Assembly (NCBI GenBank): GCA_030390025.1
Contig: CM059438.1
Location: 68,512,001-68,576,000, forward strand
Direction: 5' to 3'
Source of the DNA: Squalus acanthias
Taxonomy: Eukaryota
Length of the DNA stretch: 64,000 nucleotides
Shown here: in pieces, positions 35,732 through 48,648 of the stretch
How the letters are laid out: each line of letters starts with the position of its first letter
Position numbering within the stretch: position 1 is the stretch's first letter
Notes under the pieces: generated by a model
Told to the model about the DNA's origin: nothing
Databases searched by the model: none
Seen by the model: the letters and a program-made list of their open reading frames with translations, nothing else
Position numbers and translations under genes: made by a program

Positions 35732-38164
35732 TTTTAAAAAGTGATTCGTACAATCTCAATCTATGAATATGAAAGCACCCAGACTTGGAGTCTTGAAAAG
35801 TTATTCTGCCATTCTTGTTACTGAATGATGTGAGAATGAAGACTGCAGACACTGTAAAGACAGCCTTCAGCCCCTCATGTTCATTAACTGAAAACTTTGA
35901 GTCTAACTCTTGAAGAGATTGGTGGTAAAATATCCTGGGGCAAGTATGTTTCACTGTTTGAATGCAGAATAAAAAGTCCAAGCATTATTACATTAAAAAG
36001 TGCAGATTAAATATTAAATAGTTCCACACAAAAATGCAGTTTAAATTCAAACAGAAAGCAGAAAGCCTAGTCACATAGTCAGTACAATACTCTAGGTATG
36101 GTGGAACTTGTTCATTTGGCTTCAGTTGAAATGAAGGTATGAAAGAATTGGGAGTTATTTTGGGGTCACATGGAATTGAATGAACTTAAATTCTCTGTGT
36201 AATGGGGCTTGTGCCGCTGTGTCTGTAGACAGTCTTCAGCAAATTTGTCCTTTCTCCTTGGCAGACCTCCGTCTGCTTATAGATCACCTTTCATCGATCG
36301 GAAAGCAAGTCTATCTTTCATCACCTGTTTGTGTGTCAGTGCTGAGATAGCAACAACCCTTGTACATCTGCTGTCCTGTGATAGCATCTTGAATCACAGA
36401 AGCATGCGAACTCTTGTACAGAAGGGCAAAAGTGTGGTAGCAGCAAATGAGACATTTATTTTTTGAAGAACGAAGTAACATGTCCCGACTGCAAATCAGA
36501 AACACTTCTTAAAGGCTGTGTGTCACTCTTCAAGGGTACAATGTGATTGTGGCACAGACACAGCTCAGAGTAGCCTCAGGTGGTACTGTCGAACTAAGGA
36601 TAGTACTTCAGTGGACAGGGCAGTTGCCACAAAAACATCAGGGGTGCTCAAAATACAGTTGGATGGTAGGCTGGGGGAGTTAGGATACTAGAGGGACGAG
36701 CTTCGATGGGCCTTCTTTCCTCTTTCAGTTTTCTTGTGTCTGAACACAAAAAATGGTGGGTTAATTAGGAGTCCGCCACCCTTTACATGCGTAAACGGCA
36801 TTTCCGCCACACTTCTGGTGAAGTTAAGTTGTTGGAGTGGGAGCAGCTTCAAGGAAATACCCAACCCATCACATTACACATGATTTTTTTAGTCTATCAA
36901 TGGACCGTTGTATCACCACATTCAGGGAGTATGTCAATGGCCTTGATCCTCATCTCTCACCTCTCTGAATCATTGACCCATAGTTGGTGAACACATTACC
37001 TGGTGGGGAGCTATCAGGATAAGTCCAGTATCGGAACTTTAGTCGTCTCCCTCATTTTAATTCTGGTCCATCTTTTATGACAACAAGATTTCTGAAAAAG
37101 GGACTTTGGTATCTCGTGCATCTTATAATTTGTGTTTTCTTTCCCCCACTCTACAAAGGCTAGCCCCAACCAAAGACAAGGCTAGATCGGTTTAGTAACT
37201 TATAAAATGTTATAAGATGCTGCAGCTATGGCTCAGGATGCTATAGAATAGATAAATGCAAAATCCCACAGATGTCAGAATTATTATCATAACTATCAAT
37301 ATGTAAACTACATTGGTTGAAGAGTGTTAGACGTATCTTTCTTCCCCCGCCACCCCCTCTATTTTTCAAACACATACATAGAAGAGGATTGGACCAGAGT
37401 ATCCATTCATGCCTGTGGTTTATAAAATGTCTAATTCATTTTGCCTTTGGACTACCCTATATGTTCCAAGTCAATAGTCAACCAAACCACATCAGTCACA
37501 ACAGGACTGAAGCACGTCACGGAGTGAAATGAAACTTAACTCCTACTTGCCAGAGTCATCAGAGATTAAGTCAGACACAGAAAGGCATTGGCTAAAATGA
37601 CTTTATATAATATTTATGTGAATACAATTAAAACCATCACAAAGTTTAGCTACTAAGGGTAACAGTAAAGCAATTGAATATTCACAATTAATGAACAGGC
37701 TCTAAATTGCCATAATCAAAGCAGCTTTTATATATCACAATATCCCAGCACCAGCTTGATTTTGTTTAGTAACAGTATGGCATAGTCATGTTTAATATCT
37801 CAAGGTTACGGTGCAGCTTTAGCAAGGTTTAGTTTACAGTCTGCATTTAAAGTATCACTGGTAAATTCCAGCTATTCTTCTGTACCAAGTGCATGCAATA
37901 CACAATCTTGTAGTTGTCTGCTACATAATTGGCCAGTTCTGTCTTCCCCTGGGACATTCAGGCTTCACCTTTGGGGATGTCCTTGGTGAATTGCCATCTG
38001 TGGTCATTGTCTTCTTTCTTCAGTTGTCTTCTTCTTGGCCTCGTTTAGTTAACCTTGACATTCGTTAAAACTCTATACAGTTCTAATGTACTTTTCTCCC
38101 TATGCTCAGACTTCAGTTATGAAACGAACAGTTTTCAATTTATTTTTGTTTGATGAAACATGTA

Positions 38165-40368
38165 GGGGGAGAAATTTGTGTTCGCCAGGAAAGTTGCCGG
38201 TGTCATCAGCAACTGGAGTTAACGGCCGCTGAAAATGGCCACAACGATAATGGGACAAAATTCATCTTGGGGGGGGGGCGGGGGCTGGAGATTGGTGGCG
38301 TAGCGTTTACCTTCCATGCAATGCTGTCCTAGTGGCGTTAATGGAGGCATCCGACCTGAAGTTCCTGTCCAGGTGCGGCGTTCGAGCCTCGCACAGCCTC
38401 TGGAAGCGAGGCTTTGGAGCTCGCAAGGAATTGTGGGAATGAAAATGCCTGTGAATTAAAGGGGCCATGCACTCAGAAGTAATACAAATGAAAATCCAGT
38501 GAAACAATGTAGTTTTCAGCCATTTCTGCATTTCAAAAAAAATAACATTATAAAGAAGTCCCAGTTGTGAATATTCAGCTCTTAAAGCTGAATTCCCTTC
38601 CTAACCTCAAAAAATGGGAAAGGTGCTTCAGCACTAACACAAATGGCTCAGCAAACCAGGGAAGGGGCACGCAGCACTCCAGCTTTGTGCAGGGGGTCAA
38701 CACTGCAAGACAGGCCCTCTACCCACAGGGGCCAGGAGGCCCTCTAGAAAGAAGGATGTGGGACTACATCACCGAGACCATCGTTGCCAGCAGTGTCGCC
38801 CCCACAACCTGGCTCCAAGTGCCCAAAGAAGCTTCATGGCCTCAGACCACTGGTTAAGATCAGTGAATGCATCTTCAAAAGCCGTCACCTACCAACTGCA
38901 CCACTAGCCTCACACACTGCTCAATGCACGACGCTCAATCACTCACCTACCAACAATCTGCACCAATCACGAGGCATATCTCCCATTCCTAGCATCACCT
39001 CACCTCCTTGGAGGAGACAGTGCAGGCCATTCTTGGCAGGGGCATGGCTGAGCCCTTTGCCAGCAGCAGGGCTGAAAGGATACAAAATGCGAGCATCCTC
39101 ATACATTATCCTCCTTCTCACATGCACCTTATGCTTTCCTGCCCTCCCATCACCACAACTCCACCCGTATGCCTTCCTCATTTCACACACAGCCTGCCCA
39201 GCCAGTGGGTGACCAAGAAGAGGGAGAGGAGAGTGAAGAAGAACAAGAAGACGAAGATTGAATTGACACTCCCAGCCACCAGCTCCTCAAGGTCAACCAG
39301 CAAAGCCATCTGCGGTGTCCCCTACTGAAAGTCAGCAGCCTTCCACCAGCCATGCTGCAGCCACTGGGGTAGCACTGTGTGACATCAGTAGGATAGGTAA
39401 AGGCACACACAAGACAGTCACTAAGAGAATGCTTACAGGTGATGAGTTGATTTCTTGATGTCAAATTGGATGGATAAATGTAATAAGTTGGATTGGAAAG
39501 TTTACTTTGTAGTGGCTTTTATTTCAGCATCATAGCCAAGAGGACATTGTGATGGTCAGTAACAGAGGGAAGGTAAGGTGTGGAACCAATGTTGAAAGGG
39601 TAATTTTAGTTGTGGTCACTGGGACCGCAGGTGGATGATTCCATCCCAGATATCCCAGCCTCAAAGTGGGATGTCTGGGATGGATCCTTCCATCTGTTTC
39701 GCATCCTTCCATCTGTTTCCTCCTCTTCTGCTTCCTCCTCTACTGTGTCTTCCACTTCTCTCTGTGAGCGGATGCTGGAAATCTGAAATGCCAGCATAAA
39801 ATGTTGGAAATGCTCAGCTGGTCAGGCAGCATCTCGACCTGAGACGTGAACTCTGTTTTTCTCTCCACAAATGTTGCCTGAGCTACTGAGTATTTGCAGC
39901 ATTTTTTGTTTTCTCAAAGGCCTTCATTTACCATCCGAGCCCTTGCAAGCATCCAGCAGCACTACCTACACACTTAAAAAACTTTCAACATCTATTGCAG
40001 CAAGCTACTACTTCAACAAAATCAAAAAAAAAGTCACAAGCTTAAATACAAACTTACCTGAAAGATGTGTGTGTTCCTTTAAGAGGTGCTGACATCACAC
40101 TGTCAGCCTGCTTGGGATGCAGCGCTGAATTCAGCGCTAGGATCGAAGTTCGCTTTTGTGACGTTAAGTCAGTGTTGAATGCCGATTGATGTCACAACAC
40201 CGCCATTTTGTTCAGCATGACACTGCCAGTTACAGGAAGCGCAAAGGTATGGACCAAAATGGCAGCCGCCATGGGACCCACCCGCAGCTGGCAAAAGAGC
40301 AGCAACCGGAGTTTTAGTACCATTTAATGGCACTATGAAGTCGCGCTCAGGCCACAAATTTCTAGCCC
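38165..40368 (+). mobile_element. Decayed Harbinger transposon (Myb/SANT relic on +, acidic transposase-tail relic on -)
   Basis: TIRs GGGGGAGAAATTTGTG / CACAAATTTCTAGCCC; TSD GTA; VQGVNTARQALYPQG...MWDYITETIVASSVAPTTWLQ at ~38685-38820. Confidence 0.85.
39768..39913. mobile_element. Inverted pair of Penelope pLTR fragments inside the Harbinger
   Basis: 39768-39833 matches the 12965 pLTR orientation; 39834-39913 is the opposite strand with a degenerate hammerhead 3' half (GACCTGAGACGTGAACT). Confidence 0.7.
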
Positions 40369-40394
40369 GTAATCTTTATAACTTAAGTGTGAAA

Positions 40395-42800
40395 GTTAAA
40401 AGAAACTGCAAGTGGTGGAAAAGTGAACCTGGATGTCACAGAGGGAATGGTCCCTCCAGAAAGTGGAGAGGGCATTAAGGGAGGAAGAAGTGTTTGGTGG
40501 TGGGATCAAGTTACAGGTGGGAGGAATGCTGGCAGATGGTCTGGTGAATGCATAGGCTGGTGGGGTGGAAGGTGAGGACCACAAAGACTCTGTCATAGTT
40601 GTAAGTGGAGGGGGTGGTCAGGGAAGATGCATGGAAAATGGGATAGACCTGGTTAAAGGCCCTCTCTTGACCTTAGTAGAAGGGGAATGCTCAGCTGAGG
40701 AAAAAGGAGGACATTTCAGAAGCTCTGGTGTAGAGTCACCAGTGCAGGCTCCAATGTAGATGGAGAAACTGAGAGAACGGGATGGAGTTTTTACAGGATG
40801 TGGGGCGTGGAGTTTTTACAGGATGTGGGGGGGTGGGGGGGTGGGGGAAGAGGCAAACTCCAGATAATTGTGGGAGAACGTGGACTTCTAATAAATGCCA
40901 GTGGAACGCCAATCAGCGGAGAGAGAGAAACAGAAGTTCAGAAAGGAAGAAAGGAGTCTGAGATGAATCATGTGAAGGTGAAAAAAGAATGGACATCAAG
41001 AAGCTACATCCACACAATCATCAACATAGTGGACGTGTAGCTCGAGGAGAGTGTTTGAGTAAGGTTCAAAGTTAGAGTTTTCAGCATATCTGACAAGAAG
41101 ACAGGTATAGCTGGACCCATTATGTTGCCATATCTGGAGGAATGAATGGAGTTACCAACAAGTTGTTAAGATGAGAACAAGTTTAACCTGGTGCTGGAGG
41201 GTGCTGATAGATTGGGAAATGTTGGACCACTTTTCAAGGAGGGCTGTCCTGGTGGGAACTGGAGGTATAAAGGCACTATACATCCATAGTGAGAAGAAGA
41301 TGATTGAGGCTGAAGAATCTGAAATCGTTAAAGTGGCAGAGGGCATCAGAGGAGTCACAGGTGCGAGTGGATAGAGACTTGAGCGAGGTTAAAGGCAAAT
41401 CATGTTTTGACTAACTTGATCGAGTTCTTTGATGAAGTAACAGAGAGGGCTAATGAGGGTAGTGCAGTTGAAGTTGTGTATATTAACAAGTTTATAATGT
41501 GATACTTTGTCAAATGCCTAAAGGCGTTTGACAAAGTACCACATTATAAACTTGTTAGCAAAATTACAACCCATGGGATTAAAGGGACAGTGGCGGCATG
41601 GATACAAAATTGGCTAAGGAACAGAAAGCAAAGAGTAGTGGTGAAAGGTTATTTTTCAGACTGGAGGGAGGTATCCAGTGGTGATCCCTGGGATTGATAT
41701 TAGGACCACTGCTCTTTTTGATATATATTACTGACCTGGACTTGGGTAAGCAGGGCATAATTTCAAAGTTTGCAGATGATACGAAACTCGGAAATGTAGT
41801 AAACAGTGAGGAGGATAGTAATAGACTTCAGGAGGACATGGACAGACTGGTAAAATGGGCAGACACATGGCAGATTAAATTTAACGCAGAGAAGTGTAAA
41901 GTGTTACACTTTGGTAGGAAGAATGAGGAGAGGCAATATAAACTAAATGGTACAATTTTAAAGGGGGTGAAGGAATAGAGAGACCTGGGGGTGTATGGAC
42001 ACAAATCTTTGAAGGTGGCAGGACAAGTTGAGAAGGCTGTTAAAAAGCATTGGGATCCTTGGCTTTATTAATAGAGGAATAGAGTACTAAGGAAGTTATG
42101 CTCAACCTTTATAAAATACTGGTTGTGGTTCAGCTGGAATATTGTGTTCAATTCTGGGGACCACACTTTTGGAAGGATGTCAAGGCCCTAGAGAGGGTGC
42201 AGAAGAGATTTACTAGAATGGTACCAGTGATGAGGGATTTCAGTTATGTGGAGAGACTGGAGAAGGTGGAGTTGTTCTCCTTGAAGCAGAAAAATGTTAA
42301 GAGGAGATTTGATAGAGGTATTCAAAATTGCGAATTGTTTTGATAGAGTAAATAAAGATAAACTGTTTCCAGTGACAGAAGGGTCAGTAACCAGAGGACA
42401 CAGATTTAAGGTGATTGGCAAAAGAACCAGAGGTGACATGAGGAAACAAATTTTTACACAGCGAGTTGTGATCTGGAATGCACTGCCTGAAAGGGTGGTG
42501 GAATCAAATTCAACAGTAACTTTCAAAAGAGAATTGGATAAATGCTCAAAGGAAAAAATTTACAGAGCTATGGAGAAAGAGCAGGGGAGTGGGACTAATT
42601 GGATAGCTCTTCCAAAGAGCCGGCACAGGCACGATAGGCCGAATGGCCTCCTTCTGTGCTGTATCATTCTATGATTCTCTATGATTCTATGATCAAAATG
42701 AGAGAAAATTAGTTCAGTGTATTGTACTGAACTAATCAGTTTACCAGGATAGTCCTGTTTGTGATTCTTGTGGAGGAGGTGGAAATAGGGTCAGGGGAAG
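40395..42800 (-). mobile_element. Degenerate Penelope RT region, split by a CR1 (41388-42692)
   Basis: Minus-strand relics LSTFWRDHSL, DALCHFNDFRF...LLTMDV..LYTS and FHLLHKNHKQDYPG (cf. Penelope FYLLPKIHK..PGRPI). Confidence 0.65.
41388..42692 (+). mobile_element. CR1 LINE, 5'-truncated
   Basis: RT fragments LGPLLF...FADDTKL and LEYCVQFW; (ATTCTATG)n tail. Confidence 0.93.
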
Positions 42801-43914
42801 ATGACCTTAAAAACCTTTCTTCATCACCAGGGCAATCCTACTTAGGGGCCATAATGATTAGTGATGAGCCACAATGATCAATTCAATCACATGATGTGAT
42901 TCAACTGGACAAATGTATCAGAAACTATAAATGGTAGATTATCATTGATTTAGTGAAGGACAGGATTCCGATTAGTTAATATTCTCTTCATCTCCCAGTG
43001 CCTAAACCATAATCAAGAGATATCTCTTCTGATACCAGTTGCTCATGGTTTTGCTTAAGTGGTTAACCTTATCTATCCACAGTCCACAGCACATTGCTTA
43101 TTGTATTGGTCTGGAGTCTCATTCAGACTGTAGTTGAATCCAGCATCAGTCTTAATGAAAAAATATTTCAAAACTTGACCTGTGTTCTAGGATTTCTCAT
43201 ACTGCAATTATTAACCCTTTTAGCTTTCCCAGAATACCTGCAGTGTGTCCAGGTTGGCTTATCTTGCTAAAAAAACGTGTCCAGAAAGCCCCTCGTTTTC
43301 CGACAATGCTGCCGCTCTGGGTCACTGACGAGCCATTACTGATGTTATCAACGACCTCTTGAAGATTGTCCTCCCTGCCAGAATTTTAATTAATTAGATT
43401 GCATTTCTTTTTGTTGAGTCATAAAATTTGTTCCCAAATGTCAGCACTGCCTACTTCTGATAAGAGAGTTGCAATGAACACATGCTATTTGATTTTTAAC
43501 TCGGTGGTTCACATTTTCATCCAATTTTAATTATTAGAAACCAAAAGAGATGAGCTGAATAATTGGCGTGACAGTGGCGAGGATTGGGATGCCCTTTGTA
43601 ACTGAGGTAATGAAGCCAGACAAGAGTCTGAACAATATCAAAGGGCAGTGAAATGAAAAGTGTTTTAAACGCACGGTTTAAAAATGATATACTTGTTACA
43701 ACAATGCGCTTTTCCTTAAATTGGAAATAATGGCCATGTCCCCATGTCCTGAGAGGTATTGCGATGGATGGCAAAATGATTAATTGTACAACATATGAAA
43801 AAATGTAATTGAAGTTATTCAGCAAATGCCTGGCTCTATAGCACACTAGCTGCACCAGAGGTACTTGTGGGTCATTCTGTTTCAAAGGAAATGAAGAAAA
43901 AAAGCAAAGGTATT

Positions 43915-44668
43915 GGGCCAGATTTTGCTGTTGGAATAACAGTGAAGCTAGCAGCGCTCACCGTTATTAAAGTGTAAATCGCCCAGCAACCTCCAGCGAC
44001 CACACATGCGCAGTTAAACGCGGAAATCAGGAAGTTGCTGTCCGAGTTGCCCGGCTCCTCCAAAAACTGCGCTATACCAGTATCTCACCGAGAGACTCTG
44101 CATTCAAACACATGGCATGGCACGAAGTTGCTACACATACATGATACATACCCACTAAACTCATGAGAAAAAATTAGGGCTCATCCATTCCAGTTTAATG
44201 ACCCTTTTAATGGCATGATAAGTCTTAATTACTGCCAAACAACCTTTCTGGCACTGAACATTAACTTAATTCCATCAGATTTTAATTATTGTTGCAGATT
44301 TTAAAAACTAAAAAAAATTATTGATTTTTTTAATTTTTACTTTTGCTGTCTCTTTTTTCTCTCTGTCTTAATCCCATCTTTCTTCCCTTCTCTTTATTTT
44401 GCTTTCTGTACATGATTTGACATTGAACTAAATATTCTGACTGACACTTCCTGGTTCAGACTCTACTGCTCATTAACGATTAAGGAGATACACCATTGCT
44501 TGCCCTGCTCATACAGGTCCCAGATGCCCTGTAGAGGGTGACGCACTGTTTTGGCTCTCTAATTTACAGTAAGTTCCAGTGCAAAATCCCATAGAAAGTC
44601 TGTGGGCAAGTGCAAGTGTAATGAATGGCTGGCGGCGTTCGTTCGTGGATGAGAACAAAATCTGGTTG
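43915..44668. mobile_element. Harbinger MITE, family C
   Basis: Left end GGGCCAGATTTTGCTG; reverse-complement similarity to 15787-16353 plus 17205-17405. Confidence 0.75.
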
Positions 44669-45179
44669 AAATACATCTCAGCCTGTCAGTCACCTACTAG
44701 TGTTTTTCACTCACGCTCAATATATCCCTCACATTCACTCTTATCTGCATATAGAGTCCCAAGAAATCTTCAATTCTTTTCAGTTGGAATTTTTCCCTTA
44801 CCTCATTTGGAAAGAAAACACTTTTTATCTCAGAATATCTTTCTCTCCTTTTATGCATCCTCATTATTTTCTCTCCCAAAGTGTCAAACTCTCTCTTAAA
44901 AGTAAGCACCTCTGCATGGCAAACAACCACACTCAGAAGGGTGGTTGTACTCACTGTTGGTCCTGACAACTCACCCAGCTCTCACTAGTGACACCAAGCG
45001 CCACACCCTGGGAACTTGCCTCAGTTGGCATGCTAAACCTAGTGAGAGTAGCCAAGGAGTTATAGTCGAACACTTGGTGAATCCCAGACTTCTGAAAACC
45101 AAATTGGCCCCATTGTCGCTGCTGAGCTGATGGATGGGAACTTAGTGGCAGTACTTAGGATTTTACATTATTAAACAAA

Positions 45180-45490
45180 GGGAGTGCTGCACTGTCGGAG
45201 GTGCCATTTTTCAGATGCGACTTTAAACCGAAGTGGTTTCTTCTCAGGTGGACGTAAAAGAGCCCACGGCACTATTCGAAGGAGATCAGGGGAGTTATCT
45301 CTCAACCAATATCACTAACACAGATTATCTGGTCAGTATCACATTGCTGTTTTGTGGGACCTTGCTGTGCACAAATTGGCTGCCGCATTTCCTACATTAC
45401 AACAGTGACGATAGTGACAAAAAAGTAGTTAATTGGCTGTAAAGCGCTTTGGGATGTCCCGATGTTGTGAAAGGCGCTATTTTGTTTTCT
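45180..45490 (+). mobile_element. DeuSINE (SacSINE1-like), 5'-truncated
   Basis: Matches 24580-24910 (GGGAGTGCTGCACTGTC...GCTGTGCACAAATTGGCTGCC...GTAAAGCGCTTTGGGATGTCC). Confidence 0.85.
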
Positions 45491-48400
45491 TTTGAAAAAA
45501 AGTCTTAAGACTCATGGCAGGCAAAACTGTAATCAAACAATAGGCTGCCTTTAAAGAGGAGATGATTCGGGTACAGTCGAGGTACATTCCCATGAGGGGG
45601 CAAGGTAGGGCAACTAAAGCCAGAGCTCCCTGGATGATGAAAGAGATAGAGAGTAAGATGAAGCAGAAAAAGAGTGCGTATGACAAATGTCAAGTTGAGA
45701 ATACAAGTGAGAATCAGGCTGAATATAGAAAGTTTAGAGGGGAAGTGAAAAAGAAAATAAGAGGGGCAAAGAGAGAGTATGAGAATAGATTGGCAGCTAA
45801 CATAAAAGCGAATCCAAAAGTCTTCTATAGGCATATAAATAGTAAACGGGTAGTAAGAGGAGGGGTGGGACCGATTAGGGACCAAAAAGGAGACCGACGC
45901 ATGGAGGCAGAGGGCATGGCTGAGGTGCTAATGAATACTTTGCATCTGTCTTCACCAAGGAAGAAGATGCTGCCAAAGTCATAGTGAAAGAGGAGGTAGT
46001 GGAGATACTGGATGGGATAAAAATTGATAAACTGGAGGTACTAGAAAGGTTGGCTGTACTTAAAGTAGATAAGTCACCAGGACCAGATGGGATGCATCCT
46101 AGGATGCTAAGGGAAATAAAGGTGGAAATCGCACAGGTACTGGCCATAATCTTCCAATCCTCTTTAGATACAGGAGGGGTGCCAGAGGACTGGAGAATTG
46201 CAAATGTTACACCCTTGTTCAAAAAAGGGTGTAAGGATAAACCCAGCAACTACAGGCCAATCAGTTTAACCTCGGTAGAAACATAGAAGATAGGAGCAGG
46301 AGTAGGCCATTCGGCCCCTCGAACCTGCTCCTCCATTCGATGAGATCATGGCTGATCATCCAAACTCAGTACCCTGTCCCTGCCTTCTCCCCATATCCCT
46401 TGATACCTTTAGCCTTAAGAAATATATCTAACTCCTTCTTGAATATATTTACTGACTTGGCCTCAACTGCCTTCTGTGGTAGAGAATTCCACAGGTTCAC
46501 CACTCTCTGGGTGAAGAAATTCCTCCTCATCTCTGTCCTAAATGGCTTACCCCTTATCTTTAGACTGTGACCTCTTGTTCTGGACTCACCCGCCATCGGG
46601 AACATCCTTCCTGCATCCAGTCTGTCTAGCCCTGTTAGAATTTTATAAGTTTCAATGAGATCTCCTCTCATTCTTCTAAACTCCAACATGTATAAGCCCA
46701 ATCGACCCAATCTCTCCTCGTACATCATTCCTGCCATCCCAGGAATCAGTCTGGTGAATCTTTGCTGCACACCCTCCATGGCAAGAACATCCTTCCTCAG
46801 ATAAGGCGACCAAAACTGCACACAATACTCAAGGTGTGGTCTCGCCAAGCCCTGTCCAGCTGCAGTAAGACATCCTTGTTCCTGTACTCAAACCCTCTCG
46901 CTACGAAGGCCAACATACCATTTGCCTTCTTAACCACCTGCTGCACCTGCATGCTTATCTTCAGCAACTGGTGCACAAGGACACCCAGGTCTCGTTGCAC
47001 TTCCCCTTATCCCAATCTATTGCCGTTCAGATAATAATCTGCCTTTCTGTTTTTGCCACCAAAGTGGATAACCTTGCATTTATCCACATTATACTGCATC
47101 TGCCATGCTTCTGCCAATCACCCAACCTGTCCAAATCATATTGGAGTTTCTCAGCATCCTCCTCGCAGCACACACCCAGCTTTGTGTCATCTGCAAACTT
47201 GGAGATATTACATCTAGTTCCCTCGTCTAGATCATTAATATATATAGTGAATAGCTGGGGTCCTAGGACCAATCCCTGCGGAACCCCACTAGTCACTGCC
47301 TGCCACTCGGAAAAAGACCCGTTTATTCCAACTCTTTGCTTCCTGTCTGCCAACCAATTCTCTATCCAAGTCAATACCTTGCCCCCAATCCCATGTGCTT
47401 TAACTTTGCACGCTAATCTCTTATGCGGGACCTTATCGAAAGCCTTTTGAAAGTCCAAATACACCACATCCACTGTTTCTCCCTTATCTATTCTTTCAGT
47501 TACATCTTCAAAAATTCCAGTAGATTAGTCAAGCACGATTTACCTTTTGTAAATCCATGTTGACTTTGTCCAATCCTGTCACTGTTTTCCAAGTGTTCTG
47601 CTATTACATCTTTTATAATGGACTCTAGCATTTTCCCCACAACCGATGTCAGGCTTACCGGTCTATAATTCCCCGTTTTTTCTTTACCACCTTTTTTGAA
47701 CAGTGGGGTAACATTAACTACCCTCCAATCCATGGGAACTGTTCCAGAGTCTATAGAATTTTGGAAGATGAGCAGTAATGCATCTACTATTTCTAGGGCC
47801 ACTTCCTTAAGTACCCTAGGTTGTAGATTATCAGGCCCTGGGGATTTATCGGCCTTCAATGCCGTCAATTTCCCTAACATCATTTCCCTACAAATACTGA
47901 TTTCTTTCAGTTCCTCCCTCTCATTAGACCCTATGTTCCCCGACATCTCTGTGAGGTTATTTGTGTTCTCCTTTGTGAAGACAGAGCCAAAGTATGTATT
48001 TAATTGGCCTGCCATTTCTTTGTTGCCCATTATAAATTCCCCTGATTCTGACTGCAAGGGACCTACGCTTGACTTCACCAATCTTTTTCTCTTCACATAT
48101 TTATAAAAGCTTTTACAGTCAGTTTTTATGTTCCCTGCAAGCTTACGCTCATACTCTATTTTCCCCCTCTTAATTAATCCCTTTGTCCTCCTTTGCTGAA
48201 TCCTAAACTGCTCCCAATCCTCAGGTTTACTGCTTTTTCAAGCCAATTTATATGTCCTCTCCTTGGATCTTATGCTATCCCTGATTTCCCTTGTCAGCCA
48301 TGGTTGAGTCACCTTTTTTGTTTTATTTTTATGCCAGACAGGGATGAACAAATTCTGTAGTTCATCCATGTGATCTTTGAATGTTTGCCATTGCCTATCC

Positions 48401-48648
48401 ATCGTCAACCCTTTGAGTAACATTCCCCAATCTATCCTACGCAACTCGCACCTCATACCATCATAGTTTCCTTTATTTAAATTCAGGACCCTAGTCTCTG
48501 AGTCAACTATTTCATTCTCCATCTTAATGAAGAATTCTATCATATTATGATCGCTCCGCCCCAAGGGGCCCCGCACAACAAGATTGCTAATTAATCCTTT
48601 CTCGTTACATAATACCCAATCTAAGATGGCCTGGTCTCTAGTTGGTTC

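Noticed and set aside
36264..36466. Strong splice acceptor followed by an open frame
   Set aside because: Peptide not recognised and no supporting neighbouring exon.
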